From: Deferribacterales bacterium
GTDB lineage: Bacteria; Chrysiogenota; Deferribacteres; Deferribacterales; Geovibrionaceae
DNA length: 64,000 nucleotides
Direction: 5' to 3'
Assembly: GCA_050251875.1 (NCBI GenBank)
Contig: JBFWMA010000006.1
Span: 96,001 to 160,000, forward strand
Shown one piece after another: positions 49,501-59,231 of the stretch. The notes under the pieces were generated by a model. That model worked only from the letters and a program-made list of their open reading frames with translations, was not told where the DNA came from and searched no databases. Within the stretch, counting starts at the first letter, position 1. Every line of letters starts with the position of its first letter. The position numbers and the translations under genes are program-made.

Positions 49501-49930
49501 GCCCGCCTCCTCCGGAAAAAAGGACGTGGTTCCGTTCCATCTGGTATCCATAGGAAACACAGCGGAGAAGATCTGCAAAGACCTCTTCGACAGGCACGAA
49601 TATAAGAGCTATTACCAATACCACGGATTCTTCACCGAGCTGACCGAGGCTCTGGCGGAATACTGGCACAAAAATATAAGAGCCGAGCTGGGCACAGACA
49701 AAAAAGACGCTAAATCCGCCCACGGCATAATATCGCTGAACTATCAGGGGCGCAGATACAGCTTCGGATATCCCGCCTGTCCGTCTCTGGCGCAGAATTC
49801 CCAGCTGGACAGCATACTGGGTTTCAAAGAAATAGGAGTATTTCTGACAGAAAACCATGAAATGGTTCCCGAATACTCAACATGTGCTATAATAGTCTAT
49901 AACGGTTCTGCGGAGTATTTCACGGTTTAA
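46577..49930 (+). CDS. metH: Cobalamin-dependent methionine synthase
   Basis: FDGAMGT, GLNCATG, GGCCGT, IGERAN, GDVHDIGKN, RYSFGYPACP. Confidence 0.97.
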   Translation: MFKNFAEGRIILFDGAMGTSIQKYDINEDVWQGYGGCSEWLNFAAPHIIQEIHEQYLQAGADVVETNTFGGTELVMSEYNLQDRTYELNLLGAQIARRAADKYGRFAAGSIGPGTRLPSLGQISFDELYDMYYKQAQALHEGGVDLFIVETCQDLLQIKAALNAVFTLKKDKNSEAPVMVSVTVEQNGTMLMGSDLSAVVAVLRDYPLFSIGLNCATGPDLMHNPVHNIAKNYKGRISCLPNAGLPENKGGKMVYSMTPEHMAEIMDGLVKEFPVHVLGGCCGTTPDHIRALRPVADRNKPKTPEDIPYAGETASLYFSTPIQQSPAPALIGERANANGSKAFRELLLAEDFEGMLAVAKEQEETGAHFIDACVAYAGRNEKEDMKQFMLLLNKTLTAPVVIDSTEPDVVETALKNYAGKPIINSINFEDGGAKLHKLLSIVKNHPSAVIALTIDEDGMAMTAEKKFEIAERIYKVFTEEYGLNPEDLIFDPLTFSIGSGDTTLTMAAVETLNAIRMIKTRLKGAKTVLGLSNISFGLSAASRPLLNSVFLHEAVAAGLDTAIVHASKVIPESMIDAEDIKFCKALLDGKEGALSAFIEYFASKEGEVKQEEAVNLPPDEMLTQQIMKGRKAGLDIVLNDLMKIMKPIDIINNLMLPAMQKVGELFGAGKMLLPFVLQSAETMKAAVSLLEPFMEKDDTQTRGTIVLATVKGDVHDIGKNLVDIILSNNGFQVYNLGIKVPVEEMIRMAIEVKADAIGMSGLLVKSTNIMRDNIEEMQRQGIAKKILLGGAALTEKFVNNDCKPLMPGMVHYCRDAFDALKVLGGEEGAKAPEKPMKEAKPKAVRVKQPTHDQNVPCVPFTGARTVTGIDIDSVLEYMNKLALFGHRWGYSKKDMPESEYSKMLRETVYPEYEHIVKRVKEEGLVSLSARYGYFYCNSDGCDLKIYKGDTDEILTTFSFPRQGIDGGVCLADYFLPASSGKKDVVPFHLVSIGNTAEKICKDLFDRHEYKSYYQYHGFFTELTEALAEYWHKNIRAELGTDKKDAKSAHGIISLNYQGRRYSFGYPACPSLAQNSQLDSILGFKEIGVFLTENHEMVPEYSTCAIIVYNGSAEYFTV

Positions 49931-49961
49931 CAGATTTTTTACCTAATCAGACAAAAAAGGT

Positions 49962-49990
49962 TTGATTTAAGTTTAAATCCGTGATACCTT
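49962..49990 (+). promoter_or_regulatory. Promoter of the superoxide reductase gene with overlapping palindrome
   Basis: TTGATT-N17-TACCTT with TGn; perfect GATTTAA-GT-TTAAATC at 49964-49979. Confidence 0.55.
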
Positions 49991-50036
49991 TTAGCAGAAA
50001 CTAAAATTTAGCATGAAAAAACAGGAGGAAAGTCCA

Positions 50037-50423
50037 ATGGCAATAGGCGAACTTGTAAAATCAGCAGATTTCAAATCAGAAAAGCACGTTCCCGTTCTCG
50101 TTCTGCCGTCTAAAATAGTCGCAGGCGAGGCGTTTGAAGTAGAGGTTTCAGTCGGTAAAGAGATAGCTCACCCCAACACTACCGAGCACTTCATCAACTG
50201 GATTTCCGTATATTTCAAACCCGCTGAAGGCAACCTGATCAACGTTGCCAGATTTGAATACACAGCACACGCTGAATCAGCGGCAGGCGCAAACCAGGGA
50301 CCCGCTCTGGCAGAACCCTGCTCAAAATTCGTGCTGAAGCTGAAAACTCCCGGAAAACTGATCGCTACATCCTACTGCAACATTCACGGTCTTTGGGAAA
50401 GCGAAGCAGAAGTTAAGTTCTAA
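50037..50423 (+). CDS. sor: Superoxide reductase, 1Fe (neelaredoxin) type
   Basis: EKHVP, HPNTTEH, CNIHGLW ligands; ATG 50037 after SD AGGAGG. Confidence 0.92.
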   Translation: MAIGELVKSADFKSEKHVPVLVLPSKIVAGEAFEVEVSVGKEIAHPNTTEHFINWISVYFKPAEGNLINVARFEYTAHAESAAGANQGPALAEPCSKFVLKLKTPGKLIATSYCNIHGLWESEAEVKF

Positions 50424-50446
50424 CAATTTCTTAAACACTCAATACA

Positions 50447-50476
50447 AAAAAACCCGCTCAGTCGAGCGGGTTTTTT
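50447..50476. terminator. Bidirectional intrinsic terminator
   Basis: AAAAAACCCGCTC-AGTC-GAGCGGGTTTTTT. Confidence 0.9.
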
Positions 50477-50496
50477 ATTATCATTTACTTAGTCTG

Positions 50497-53142
50497 CTAC
50501 ATTCCGACTGCGTTCAGGTTTTTCGCCACCACCTTACAACATTCGTGGTCGTCTCCCAGCAGCTCTGTATATATCTCGAACGCTCTGGACAGAAGATCCT
50601 TCGCCTCTGCCTTTTTTCCCAGACGGAAGAGAAGCTCGCCCAGATTGTTCATTGTGGCGGCGGCGGATACGGTTCTTTCACCGCCTACCTCTCTCTTTAT
50701 CTCCAGAGCCTTTTTATAATACATCTCGGCACGCTCGAACTGCCCCATTCTGGATGTGATGAACCCCATGTTATTGAAGCCCAGAGCGGTTCTTTCGTGT
50801 CTGTCGCCGAAGACTGTCTCATATATCTGCAAAGCCTTGAAATAATACGGCTCGGCGTTCTGCATATCTCCCATGAGATATTTCAGCTGACCGAAGTTGG
50901 TAAAGCTCGCCGCTGTGGACGGGTGGTTTGTGCCGTATACGTTCGTTTTTATCGTGATGGCTTCGTTGTGCATCGCCTCAGATTTTTCATATTCCCTGAT
51001 TTTCTGATATACCACAGCGAGATCGTTGGCGGCGGCGGCTGTCATGCGGCTGTTTGCTCCATAGATCTTTTTGGTTTTCGCTATCAGGTCTTCATAGAGC
51101 TTTACGGCTTTCTTTCCGTTGCCGTTTTTAAAAATTATCTGCGCATAGTCGGACAGGCTTTTTATCGCCTCTTTGCTGTATGGTCCGAGCTGTTCGTTTT
51201 TGTATGATGTGAGCTTGTGATAGATCAGCGCCGCTTTGGCTATCTGCCCCGCCGCTGAATACACTGACGCCATCACCTCATCCGCTTCTATTCTGGCGGA
51301 ATCGTTGATATCCAGCGCCTTGTCCAGAATGATCTCCGCTTCGTCCATGCACTCCACGGCTTTCAGCCTGTTGCCGGACTGCATCTCCAGACGTCCCATC
51401 TTAACCATGCTGTCCGCATAGTCAGCGCTCTTCTCTCCGGTCAGTCTGGCTCTTATGTCCAGCCCTTTCTTCATAATAGCCTGGGCGGCGGTGAAATCGC
51501 CTGTGGAGCTGTAGAACCCTGCCAGTTTGTTCATGGCGGGTACTGTGTCGGAGGAATCCTTGCCGGATTTTTCCGCTATGGCTTCCAGACGCTCCTGAAG
51601 AATGTTTTCAGCGTCCTTAGCCCTGCCGGATTTCAGATACATGAAGGCGAGTTTGTCGATATATGCGCTCGCCTCCGGGTTGGAAGCGCCCAGAATTCCT
51701 GATATATGTTCTTTTGCCGTTTCCAGCTGGTGCAGCCAGAAACTGAAAATTTCCATGTCATAGTGTTTCTTTTCCAGACTGGAGAACCAGTCCACGAAGC
51801 CGTCTATCTCCATCACTGATTTGGCGTGACGCACAGCCTCTTTTATGTGCATGGGGCGTCTGAGAGGCGCTCCTGTTTCAGCGGCGGCGATGTGATAGCG
51901 GTAAAGGCTGTAATTTATATTTTCCAGCAGATCGGAATCCAGCGTGGAAAAAGCGTATTTTCTGTAATAGGGATGTATTCTGTATGTGTGGTCGGTCATG
52001 CTCTCCACAAAGCTGTATCCGGTGAACATGCCGAAACAGCCGTCTATCTCCAGAACACTGGGGGCGAACTCCTTCGCCACGGCGATGAACAGCGGCTCAT
52101 CGAAATATTCCGCCCCGCTCAGGAGCTTAGCCATCACAGAATCAGAAGACGGCAGACAGCTCAGGTGCATATGAACTATGTTCATGGGGTCGGATTCTAT
52201 CATATCAGGGGATATCTCTGATCCTTCTGATTTTTTATACAGTTCGCATGTCTCCGCCAGATAGGCGGTGAGCGCCGGATGACCTCCGGTGCTTTCGAAT
52301 ATGAGCTCTCTGAGAGCCTCTCTCTCCATCTTTTTCTGGGAAAGAAAGCTGTCCGACTGCTCACGGGAGAACCCCTCCAGAGGCATTTCCATGCACAGCT
52401 CGCCGTATGTCTGCATGGACAGTTTGTTATCGCTCAGATAAATCACTGTGCCGCATCCGGCTTTTTCCATAAGATATTTCAGCCAGCATTCGCCTGTATC
52501 TGTGGTGTTGTAGAAAGATTCGGCGTTATCCGCCACGATCACGGGCTCACGCCCTGTTCCCTGTTTCAGCCCTCTGAGACATTCAGCGAACGCCTCCAGC
52601 AGAACATGCCAGTTCCTCTGGTTCGGCTGAGCGTATATGGATGAAATGTACGGACGAACGGTATCGTTAAACCATTCCTCAGGAAGAGTTTTACCGACCT
52701 CATCGTACATGTATCTGGTGAAGTAGATTGAGTGGGAAGCCTTAGACATCACATCCGACACAGCGGGCGACATCAGACGAAAATATGAAGACGCCGTATC
52801 CGCCAGCATACCGTGTATCTTCTCGCTGCGCACCAGAGTGCAGATATCGAACAGAGAGAAATAGCCGGTATGAGCGCCGGACACACCGTTTCTGAGTGTC
52901 ACTATGCCCTGTTCCGGATAGCATCCGCATCCGTATGAGGCGTCTATGCCTAAGAAAACGTATTCGCCCGAGTCTCCGCCCAGCTCCCGCTTTAATGATG
53001 CCATCAGGTCAGATTTACCTTTTCCGCTGTCTGAATAGACGCTTAAAAATCTGCATCCCTCAGAAATGTTCATATCCAGTAAATCTTTTACGGCGTCCAG
53101 CAGTTCCTGCCTTTTGACTTGGGCTTTAACAGACATAATCAC
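50497..53142 (-). CDS. STAND-like P-loop NTPase with C-terminal TPR array
   Basis: SDSGKGKS (Walker A), VIVADNAE (Walker B), TGGHP (GxP), YRIHPYYR, then ~42-aa kinesin-light-chain-type TPRs (YGTNHPSTAASFTNFG, FGDRHERTALGFNNMG). Confidence 0.75.
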   Translation of the reverse strand: MIMSVKAQVKRQELLDAVKDLLDMNISEGCRFLSVYSDSGKGKSDLMASLKRELGGDSGEYVFLGIDASYGCGCYPEQGIVTLRNGVSGAHTGYFSLFDICTLVRSEKIHGMLADTASSYFRLMSPAVSDVMSKASHSIYFTRYMYDEVGKTLPEEWFNDTVRPYISSIYAQPNQRNWHVLLEAFAECLRGLKQGTGREPVIVADNAESFYNTTDTGECWLKYLMEKAGCGTVIYLSDNKLSMQTYGELCMEMPLEGFSREQSDSFLSQKKMEREALRELIFESTGGHPALTAYLAETCELYKKSEGSEISPDMIESDPMNIVHMHLSCLPSSDSVMAKLLSGAEYFDEPLFIAVAKEFAPSVLEIDGCFGMFTGYSFVESMTDHTYRIHPYYRKYAFSTLDSDLLENINYSLYRYHIAAAETGAPLRRPMHIKEAVRHAKSVMEIDGFVDWFSSLEKKHYDMEIFSFWLHQLETAKEHISGILGASNPEASAYIDKLAFMYLKSGRAKDAENILQERLEAIAEKSGKDSSDTVPAMNKLAGFYSSTGDFTAAQAIMKKGLDIRARLTGEKSADYADSMVKMGRLEMQSGNRLKAVECMDEAEIILDKALDINDSARIEADEVMASVYSAAGQIAKAALIYHKLTSYKNEQLGPYSKEAIKSLSDYAQIIFKNGNGKKAVKLYEDLIAKTKKIYGANSRMTAAAANDLAVVYQKIREYEKSEAMHNEAITIKTNVYGTNHPSTAASFTNFGQLKYLMGDMQNAEPYYFKALQIYETVFGDRHERTALGFNNMGFITSRMGQFERAEMYYKKALEIKREVGGERTVSAAATMNNLGELLFRLGKKAEAKDLLSRAFEIYTELLGDDHECCKVVAKNLNAVGM

Positions 53143-54455
53143 TCGCTCTTCTTATCGGGCATTGTCCTCATCCAGACATAATCAGATGAAAATATCTTTC
53201 CGATAGTATTTTCAATACTCATCTTATCGACTTTATTTATATTTTCAATAAAATTATCATAATAACTAGGAACACCTACAGTGTATGAATAGCCTATGTC
53301 ATTGGCTTCACTGGATGTTTTCTCACGCTGAAAAACTGATTGGCTTTTCAGCCTGTTTTTCGCCTTTTCTATGTTTTCCTGTGTCAGATATGTCGAAACA
53401 TTCTTAACGATATCAAGTATCTCGCTCTTGATCAGGTCTCCTCTGCCCAGCGGAGCGTTATATGTGAAAAGAAATGTACCGTTGTATCTCAGCCCGTAAT
53501 ATCCGGCGTTTATACTATTAGTTACATCTTTGTCGTATCTGAATTTCTGATTCAGAACAGAGAACTCGCCTCCGGAGAGTATCTCTCCCAGCACTTCCAG
53601 AGAATACAGATCCACATCCAGAAGCCCGTTGGCGGGGTAAGAGAATATGCCGTATTCCTGATTGATATCCCTGCCCACGATTTTTTCCACCGGGGCATCC
53701 AGCTTTGTCAGCCCTTTGATGTCATATCTTTTTCCGGCGGGGACATCACGCTTGTCGCTGAAATATTTTTTAGCCAGCGCCTTCACATCGTCATAAGATA
53801 TATCGCCCACTACCACCAGTGTCATGTTGTCCGGATGGTAGTAGCGCTTATAATAATCGGTCAGCATGTCATGGTCGAACGAATTGACAGTCTCTTCTGT
53901 GCCGATGATCTCTCTGGCATATGGAGTGCCTTTGAACATCTGTCTGGAGAATTCCTCCCACATCTTGGATGTGGGGCTGTCATAGCTCCTTTTTATCTCC
54001 TGAACCACCACCGGTTTTTCCTTTTCTATCTCTTCGGGGATGAATTTTGCCCGGAAGACCATCTCGCTGATGGTGTCGAAGGCGGTTTCAGCGTTATACG
54101 AGGGGATGTTTATGTAATAGAACGTATAGTCTTTGCTGGTGGCGGCGTTCATCACTCCGCCTTTGCTCTCCACTATCTCGTCTATTTCAGACGGAGCGTA
54201 TTTTGCCGTGCCTTTGAAGACCATATGTTCCAGAAAGTGGGATATACCGCTCTCCTTCTCTGTTTCGTTCACAGATCCGGTCTTCATCCATGTCTGCACC
54301 GACACCACCTTGACCCCCGGAATATTTTTGTAGATAAGCGTAAGATTATTGTCGAGCTTCATGGTTTCCTTCGCCAAAGCAGAACCTCCGGTTAAGACTA
54401 TTCCTATTATTATCGCCAGAATTAGCTTTTTTATTAACATATCAGTTTTTTTCAT
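53139..54455 (-). CDS. M16-family zinc metallopeptidase, exported
   Basis: GSVNE..SGISHFLEHMVFKGT, NAATS.DYT, YYHPDNMTLVVVGD; signal peptide. Confidence 0.92.
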   Translation of the reverse strand: MKKTDMLIKKLILAIIIGIVLTGGSALAKETMKLDNNLTLIYKNIPGVKVVSVQTWMKTGSVNETEKESGISHFLEHMVFKGTAKYAPSEIDEIVESKGGVMNAATSKDYTFYYINIPSYNAETAFDTISEMVFRAKFIPEEIEKEKPVVVQEIKRSYDSPTSKMWEEFSRQMFKGTPYAREIIGTEETVNSFDHDMLTDYYKRYYHPDNMTLVVVGDISYDDVKALAKKYFSDKRDVPAGKRYDIKGLTKLDAPVEKIVGRDINQEYGIFSYPANGLLDVDLYSLEVLGEILSGGEFSVLNQKFRYDKDVTNSINAGYYGLRYNGTFLFTYNAPLGRGDLIKSEILDIVKNVSTYLTQENIEKAKNRLKSQSVFQREKTSSEANDIGYSYTVGVPSYYDNFIENINKVDKMSIENTIGKIFSSDYVWMRTMPDKKSE

Positions 54456-57400
54456 ACCTCCCTATCAGCACTGTGAACATATCGATAATCACGTTAAAAG
54501 GCACGAGACTGTCGATATCGTTGCTTCTTACAGACAAGAGGAAACTGTTATAGTTCTCGAAAAAGGTCTTTTCGGACTCCATCAGCTTTTTCAGCCAAGC
54601 CCCGTGACCGCAGCATGAGCTGACAGCGATCTTTTTCTGAATCTCTTTTATCCTGATGAGCAGGCTCTCCATGTTCACCCGCTCCCACTCTGTTTTTATC
54701 TTCAGCGCCTTCATGGCGGAGGTCATCTCTGTGATGGCGAGCGTTGAATCTGCCTCATAGTATGCTTTCAGAACATCTCTGATATTCGCTCCGCTTCTGA
54801 GACATATCTCGAATATATCGAACCCCGCCTTGCCGTATCTGATGGCGCAAACCTCTTTCGCCAGTCTGGACGGGATGCCTGCCTCTGTGAACTCCGCAAC
54901 CATATCGGTGTAGTTCTGTTTCAGGTCTTTAGACATATAAGACGGAATTAGATGCATGATCTCGTTGAACATCTCTTTGTTCTCCATCAGCGCCGCCGCC
55001 CTCTTCTCGTCTGTGACCCATGGAACAGAGACCTTCATGGTCTTCTCTATTTCCATCAGAGCGTTATAGACCGCCTGAGAATCGGCTGACGCTCCCAGAG
55101 CCTCCAGCGACTCCCTGATGCGCTTGGTGTCCAACAGCGACTCGGACAGCATATATGCATGAACCAGCCTGTTGAGGCTGATGCTGTGGTTTTTAAACAT
55201 TTCATAGAAGAACACGGGACCCGCCTGATTGATAAGCCGGTTAACTATCACTGTGGCGGCTATCTCACGCTTAAGGATATGCTCATACAGCTTGTCGCCG
55301 TATTTCTCCCGCATATCCGCCGGATAGTAGCTCATATATTCTTCCTTCACCATGGGATCGTTCAGATCCAGCCCGGCTTCTATCTCGCCGTAGAGGAATA
55401 TTTTCGAATAAGCCAGAAGCACGCACAGCTCCGGTCTGGTGGGGGCTTTTTCGCTGAGCGGAAACTCTATCTTCTCTATGCGGAAGTCGATCAGTTCCCT
55501 TTCTCTCAGATATTTTGCGAACTCACGGTACACCACTGGGTTCTGCTCATATCCTATGAGCGATCTGCTGATGCATCCTGACTGCTGATAGTTGTCCTGA
55601 AGCACATGCTCCTCGACAGCCTTAGTCAGCCTGGTGATATATTTATTTCGTTCCGCTGTGTCCTTCATCAGCCCGTCTTTCATCAGCTGACCGAACATGA
55701 TCTTAAGGTTGACCTCGTGGTCGGACATATCCACTCCGGCGGAGTTGTCCAGAGCGTCTGTGTTTATCAGACCGCCGTTCTCGGCATACTCCATCCTCGC
55801 CTTCTGGGTGAATCCGAGGTTTCCGCCCTCGCCCACCGCTTTCGCCCTCAGCTCCAGAGCGGTTATGCGCACGTTATCGTTGGCGGGATCGCCCACCTGG
55901 GCGTTGGTTTCGGCGGATGATCTGACATATGTGCCGATGCCGCCGTTCCACATCAGTTCCGCTTTCATCTTCAGAATTAGATGAACCAGCTCTTCGCCTG
56001 TAACATGGTCTCTGTCTGTGTCCAGCATGGTTCTGACCTGCTGGGACAGCTCTATCTTCTTGGCGGAGCGGTCGAATATGCCGCCGCCGTCTGAAATGAT
56101 GCTTCTGTCGTAATCCGCCCAGGTCGCCTGTGTCGCCAGTTTAAAAAGTCTCTGGCGCTCCTTGAAGCTCTTTTCGGCGTCCGGAGCGGGATCGAGGAAA
56201 ATGTGCAGGTGGTTGAAAGCCGCCTGCAAAAGTATCTTGCGGGAGAGGAGCATTCCGTTTCCGAAAACGTCACCCGCCATGTCGCCTATGCCGAAGACGG
56301 TGAATTCCTCTTTCTGAATATCTTTGCCTGTCTCACGGAAGTGTCTTTTAACACATTCCCATGCTCCTTTGGCTGTTATGCCCACCTTTTTGTGGTCGTA
56401 TCCGGCGCTGCCGCCGGAGGCGAAAGCATCTCCCAGCCAGAATCCCCGCTCCAGCGAAACGGAGTTGGCTATATCGCTGAATGTGGCTGTGCCTTTGTCA
56501 GCCGCCACAACCAGATAGGGGTCTTTATCGTCATATATTTTCACACGGTCTGGATGCACCGCTTTCAGTCCTTTCATGTTGTCGGTGACGTCCAGCAGAC
56601 CTCTGATGTAGTTCTTATACTGCGCCACCACGTTGTCTCTGTCCAAGGCTCTGTCCTTGAACCTCTCCTTCACTATGAAGCCGCCCTTAGAGCCCACGGG
56701 CACGATAACGGCGTTCTTCACCATCTGGGTCTTCACCAGCCCCAGAACTTCCGTGCGATAGTCGTCCAGACGGTCAGAGAACCTGAGTCCGCCCCTCGCC
56801 ACCTTGCCGCCTCTGAGATGCACGCCGTCCATCTGGGCTGAGTGCACGAAAATCTCAAAAAGAGGTCTGGGCTCTGGGATGATATCCAGTTCACGGCTCT
56901 TCACCTTGAACGAAATGTAAGGTCTTTCCGGCTGTCTGTAGTAGTTGGTGCGGACTATTCCGCCGAGAACTTTCAGATAATATCTGAGCGCTTTGTCCTC
57001 CGCCACGGACACCACCTGCTCTATTTTCTCGTTTATCTCAGCGGCTATGCCTTCATAGTCAGGGTGCTTATTATCCGGATTGAACTTCTCCTCGAACATT
57101 CTGACGAACAGCATGGCTATGTCGGAATTGTTCACCAGAGAGTTGGTAAGGGTCACAATGGTAAAGCTGTTGTCTATCTGCCGCAAAAAGTTTCTGAACG
57201 CTCTCAGCAGGCATATCTGGCGATAGTTCATGGTCTGGGAGATGGCGAGGCTGTTCAGCCTGTCGTTCTCCACCGTACGGCTGAGCACATGCACCATAAG
57301 CTGGGGCAGGTTCTCTTTGTAGGTTTCGCAGAAATCTTCCGGGCTATCTATGTCGGCGAAATATACGGCATTGATGTATCTGTCGCCCTCATAAAAACTG

Positions 57401-59154
57401 AACTGATATGTATCCTCTTCATAAACCTTCAGCCCGATATTGTCCAGAACAGGCATGAGCTGGGTGAGGAGGAAACGCTCCGGCGAATATATCTTCAGCA
57501 CGGCACGCCCGTTCTCGCTGTATATTCTCGCCTTCACCTCGGTGAGATGCTCCATCACGTTAATGTCGGAGTAGCTCGCCTCGGGAGTGTTTCTGGCTTT
57601 ATACGTCCCGGTGAATCTCTCTGTATATTTATGATACACACGCTCTATGTCGGCGGCGTCCAGACGGTCTCTCAGAAGGTCATAGAGGTTCGCCTCCCAT
57701 GTGCGCATCATGGAGAGTATGCCTGTTTTCAGAGCGGAATCATCCACTCTGTCCAGCTCGGCGGCGTCTTTCACATACAGATGGAAATGCAGATAATATC
57801 TCTTGTGCTCGTCCTCTCTGATGCTGGCGTCCAGAAGATCGGCGTTGAAGAATTTTTTCAGATAGTCCTTCATATCCTCTATCAGTTCGGAGGAATATTT
57901 ATCGGACGGCATGGCGATGAAAAAGAAAAGGTTGTTCAGCGGTCTGAAATCACGGTAGCAGATGCGTATCTGGTTCGTCCCCTGCATGGAGAGTATCAGC
58001 TCCAGCATCTCTATCAGCAGACGTTTGCTGAAATTAAAAAGCTCCACCTTCGGGAAATCGTCTATGAGCGAGCGTACCCACTTATAGTCGTGCGATCCCT
58101 GAACGAAGTTAAAGTGATCGAGGGTCTCCATCACCTTGTTTTTCACAATGGGGATCTCGTGGGGCTGGCTCTTGCGTCCTTTATAGGTAAAGAGCCCCAG
58201 CACGCGCACCACACGGATATATTTTTCGTGTCTGTCCACGAAGATGATTCTGTTCAGGTGGTTTCTGGTCTTCATCTTTGAAAAGAACAGCGATTTGTCC
58301 GCTATGACGGGATATCCCTCCACATAGTTGAACCTGCTCTTTTCAAAATATTCTTCCGCCGCGTCTGTGTCGGGCGGAATGTTCAGTATATTGTATATTC
58401 CCAGATCGGCGTTTTTGATGGATTTTTCCGTGCGGTCGATATCCAGCACCCGCACGCCCTGAAATATGAAATTATCCTGCATCAACCAGTGGATAAACTT
58501 GCTGACTTCCGGTTCGCTCTCTCTGAACTCTGTGGCGAGGCTGTGCATCAGCTCGCTCATGCGGTGGAAGTCGTCCACGGCACACATGACATTGTCGTAT
58601 ATCTTAGCGAGTTCGGCGCCTATCTCTTTCAGCCTGCCGTCCTCGGAGTTTTCCATGAATATGATAAAAAAAGATTCGTTCTTAGTGCCTATCCCCGTGC
58701 CGGAAACGCTCACCGGAGCGCCCGCTTTGTCACGGGTGATGTTCAGGATGGGGTGCAGAATGAAGAGATTTTTAAAATCTATCTCCTGATAATATTCCCA
58801 CACGCTGTCATAAAGAAAGGGTCTGTCGTCCGTAACTATCGCCGCCAGACTGAAATTCCCCACAAAAAAAGGCTTGTCGTTCAGATTGTCGGTGACGAGA
58901 TGAATCTTTTTCTTCTTTCTGCCGGACAATATCCCGAACAGATATAGAAAAAGCCCCTCAAGGTCTTCGTCAGCGAGAAAACTTAAAAGGTTGGCGGGCA
59001 TGTGATGAATCATCACCGAAGCGAAGTCGAAAAATATCTCATTTTCTGTTTTGTATTTTGAAAAAATATCGGTGAGTCTTTTGTTCAGCTGGATCTGCCT
59101 GTTCTGTCCGAAATCGTATCGGGTCACGCAGTTAAACAGAGAGGGATTGAGCAT
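54442..59154 (-). CDS. Large NAD-specific glutamate dehydrogenase
   Basis: ARGGLRFSDR, VKNAVIVPVGSKGGF, YLVVAADKGTATFSD, GYDHKKVGITAKGAW, GIGDMAGDVFGNG, SDHEVNLK. Confidence 0.95.
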   Translation of the reverse strand: MLNPSLFNCVTRYDFGQNRQIQLNKRLTDIFSKYKTENEIFFDFASVMIHHMPANLLSFLADEDLEGLFLYLFGILSGRKKKKIHLVTDNLNDKPFFVGNFSLAAIVTDDRPFLYDSVWEYYQEIDFKNLFILHPILNITRDKAGAPVSVSGTGIGTKNESFFIIFMENSEDGRLKEIGAELAKIYDNVMCAVDDFHRMSELMHSLATEFRESEPEVSKFIHWLMQDNFIFQGVRVLDIDRTEKSIKNADLGIYNILNIPPDTDAAEEYFEKSRFNYVEGYPVIADKSLFFSKMKTRNHLNRIIFVDRHEKYIRVVRVLGLFTYKGRKSQPHEIPIVKNKVMETLDHFNFVQGSHDYKWVRSLIDDFPKVELFNFSKRLLIEMLELILSMQGTNQIRICYRDFRPLNNLFFFIAMPSDKYSSELIEDMKDYLKKFFNADLLDASIREDEHKRYYLHFHLYVKDAAELDRVDDSALKTGILSMMRTWEANLYDLLRDRLDAADIERVYHKYTERFTGTYKARNTPEASYSDINVMEHLTEVKARIYSENGRAVLKIYSPERFLLTQLMPVLDNIGLKVYEEDTYQFSFYEGDRYINAVYFADIDSPEDFCETYKENLPQLMVHVLSRTVENDRLNSLAISQTMNYRQICLLRAFRNFLRQIDNSFTIVTLTNSLVNNSDIAMLFVRMFEEKFNPDNKHPDYEGIAAEINEKIEQVVSVAEDKALRYYLKVLGGIVRTNYYRQPERPYISFKVKSRELDIIPEPRPLFEIFVHSAQMDGVHLRGGKVARGGLRFSDRLDDYRTEVLGLVKTQMVKNAVIVPVGSKGGFIVKERFKDRALDRDNVVAQYKNYIRGLLDVTDNMKGLKAVHPDRVKIYDDKDPYLVVAADKGTATFSDIANSVSLERGFWLGDAFASGGSAGYDHKKVGITAKGAWECVKRHFRETGKDIQKEEFTVFGIGDMAGDVFGNGMLLSRKILLQAAFNHLHIFLDPAPDAEKSFKERQRLFKLATQATWADYDRSIISDGGGIFDRSAKKIELSQQVRTMLDTDRDHVTGEELVHLILKMKAELMWNGGIGTYVRSSAETNAQVGDPANDNVRITALELRAKAVGEGGNLGFTQKARMEYAENGGLINTDALDNSAGVDMSDHEVNLKIMFGQLMKDGLMKDTAERNKYITRLTKAVEEHVLQDNYQQSGCISRSLIGYEQNPVVYREFAKYLRERELIDFRIEKIEFPLSEKAPTRPELCVLLAYSKIFLYGEIEAGLDLNDPMVKEEYMSYYPADMREKYGDKLYEHILKREIAATVIVNRLINQAGPVFFYEMFKNHSISLNRLVHAYMLSESLLDTKRIRESLEALGASADSQAVYNALMEIEKTMKVSVPWVTDEKRAAALMENKEMFNEIMHLIPSYMSKDLKQNYTDMVAEFTEAGIPSRLAKEVCAIRYGKAGFDIFEICLRSGANIRDVLKAYYEADSTLAITEMTSAMKALKIKTEWERVNMESLLIRIKEIQKKIAVSSCCGHGAWLKKLMESEKTFFENYNSFLLSVRSNDIDSLVPFNVIIDMFTVLIGRYEKN

Positions 59155-59231
59155 GTGAGCCTCCTTAGATTTTCAAAAATCAACCCTGCGTTAAATAATA
59201 AATGGATTTCTTATAGAACTTATTATAACGT

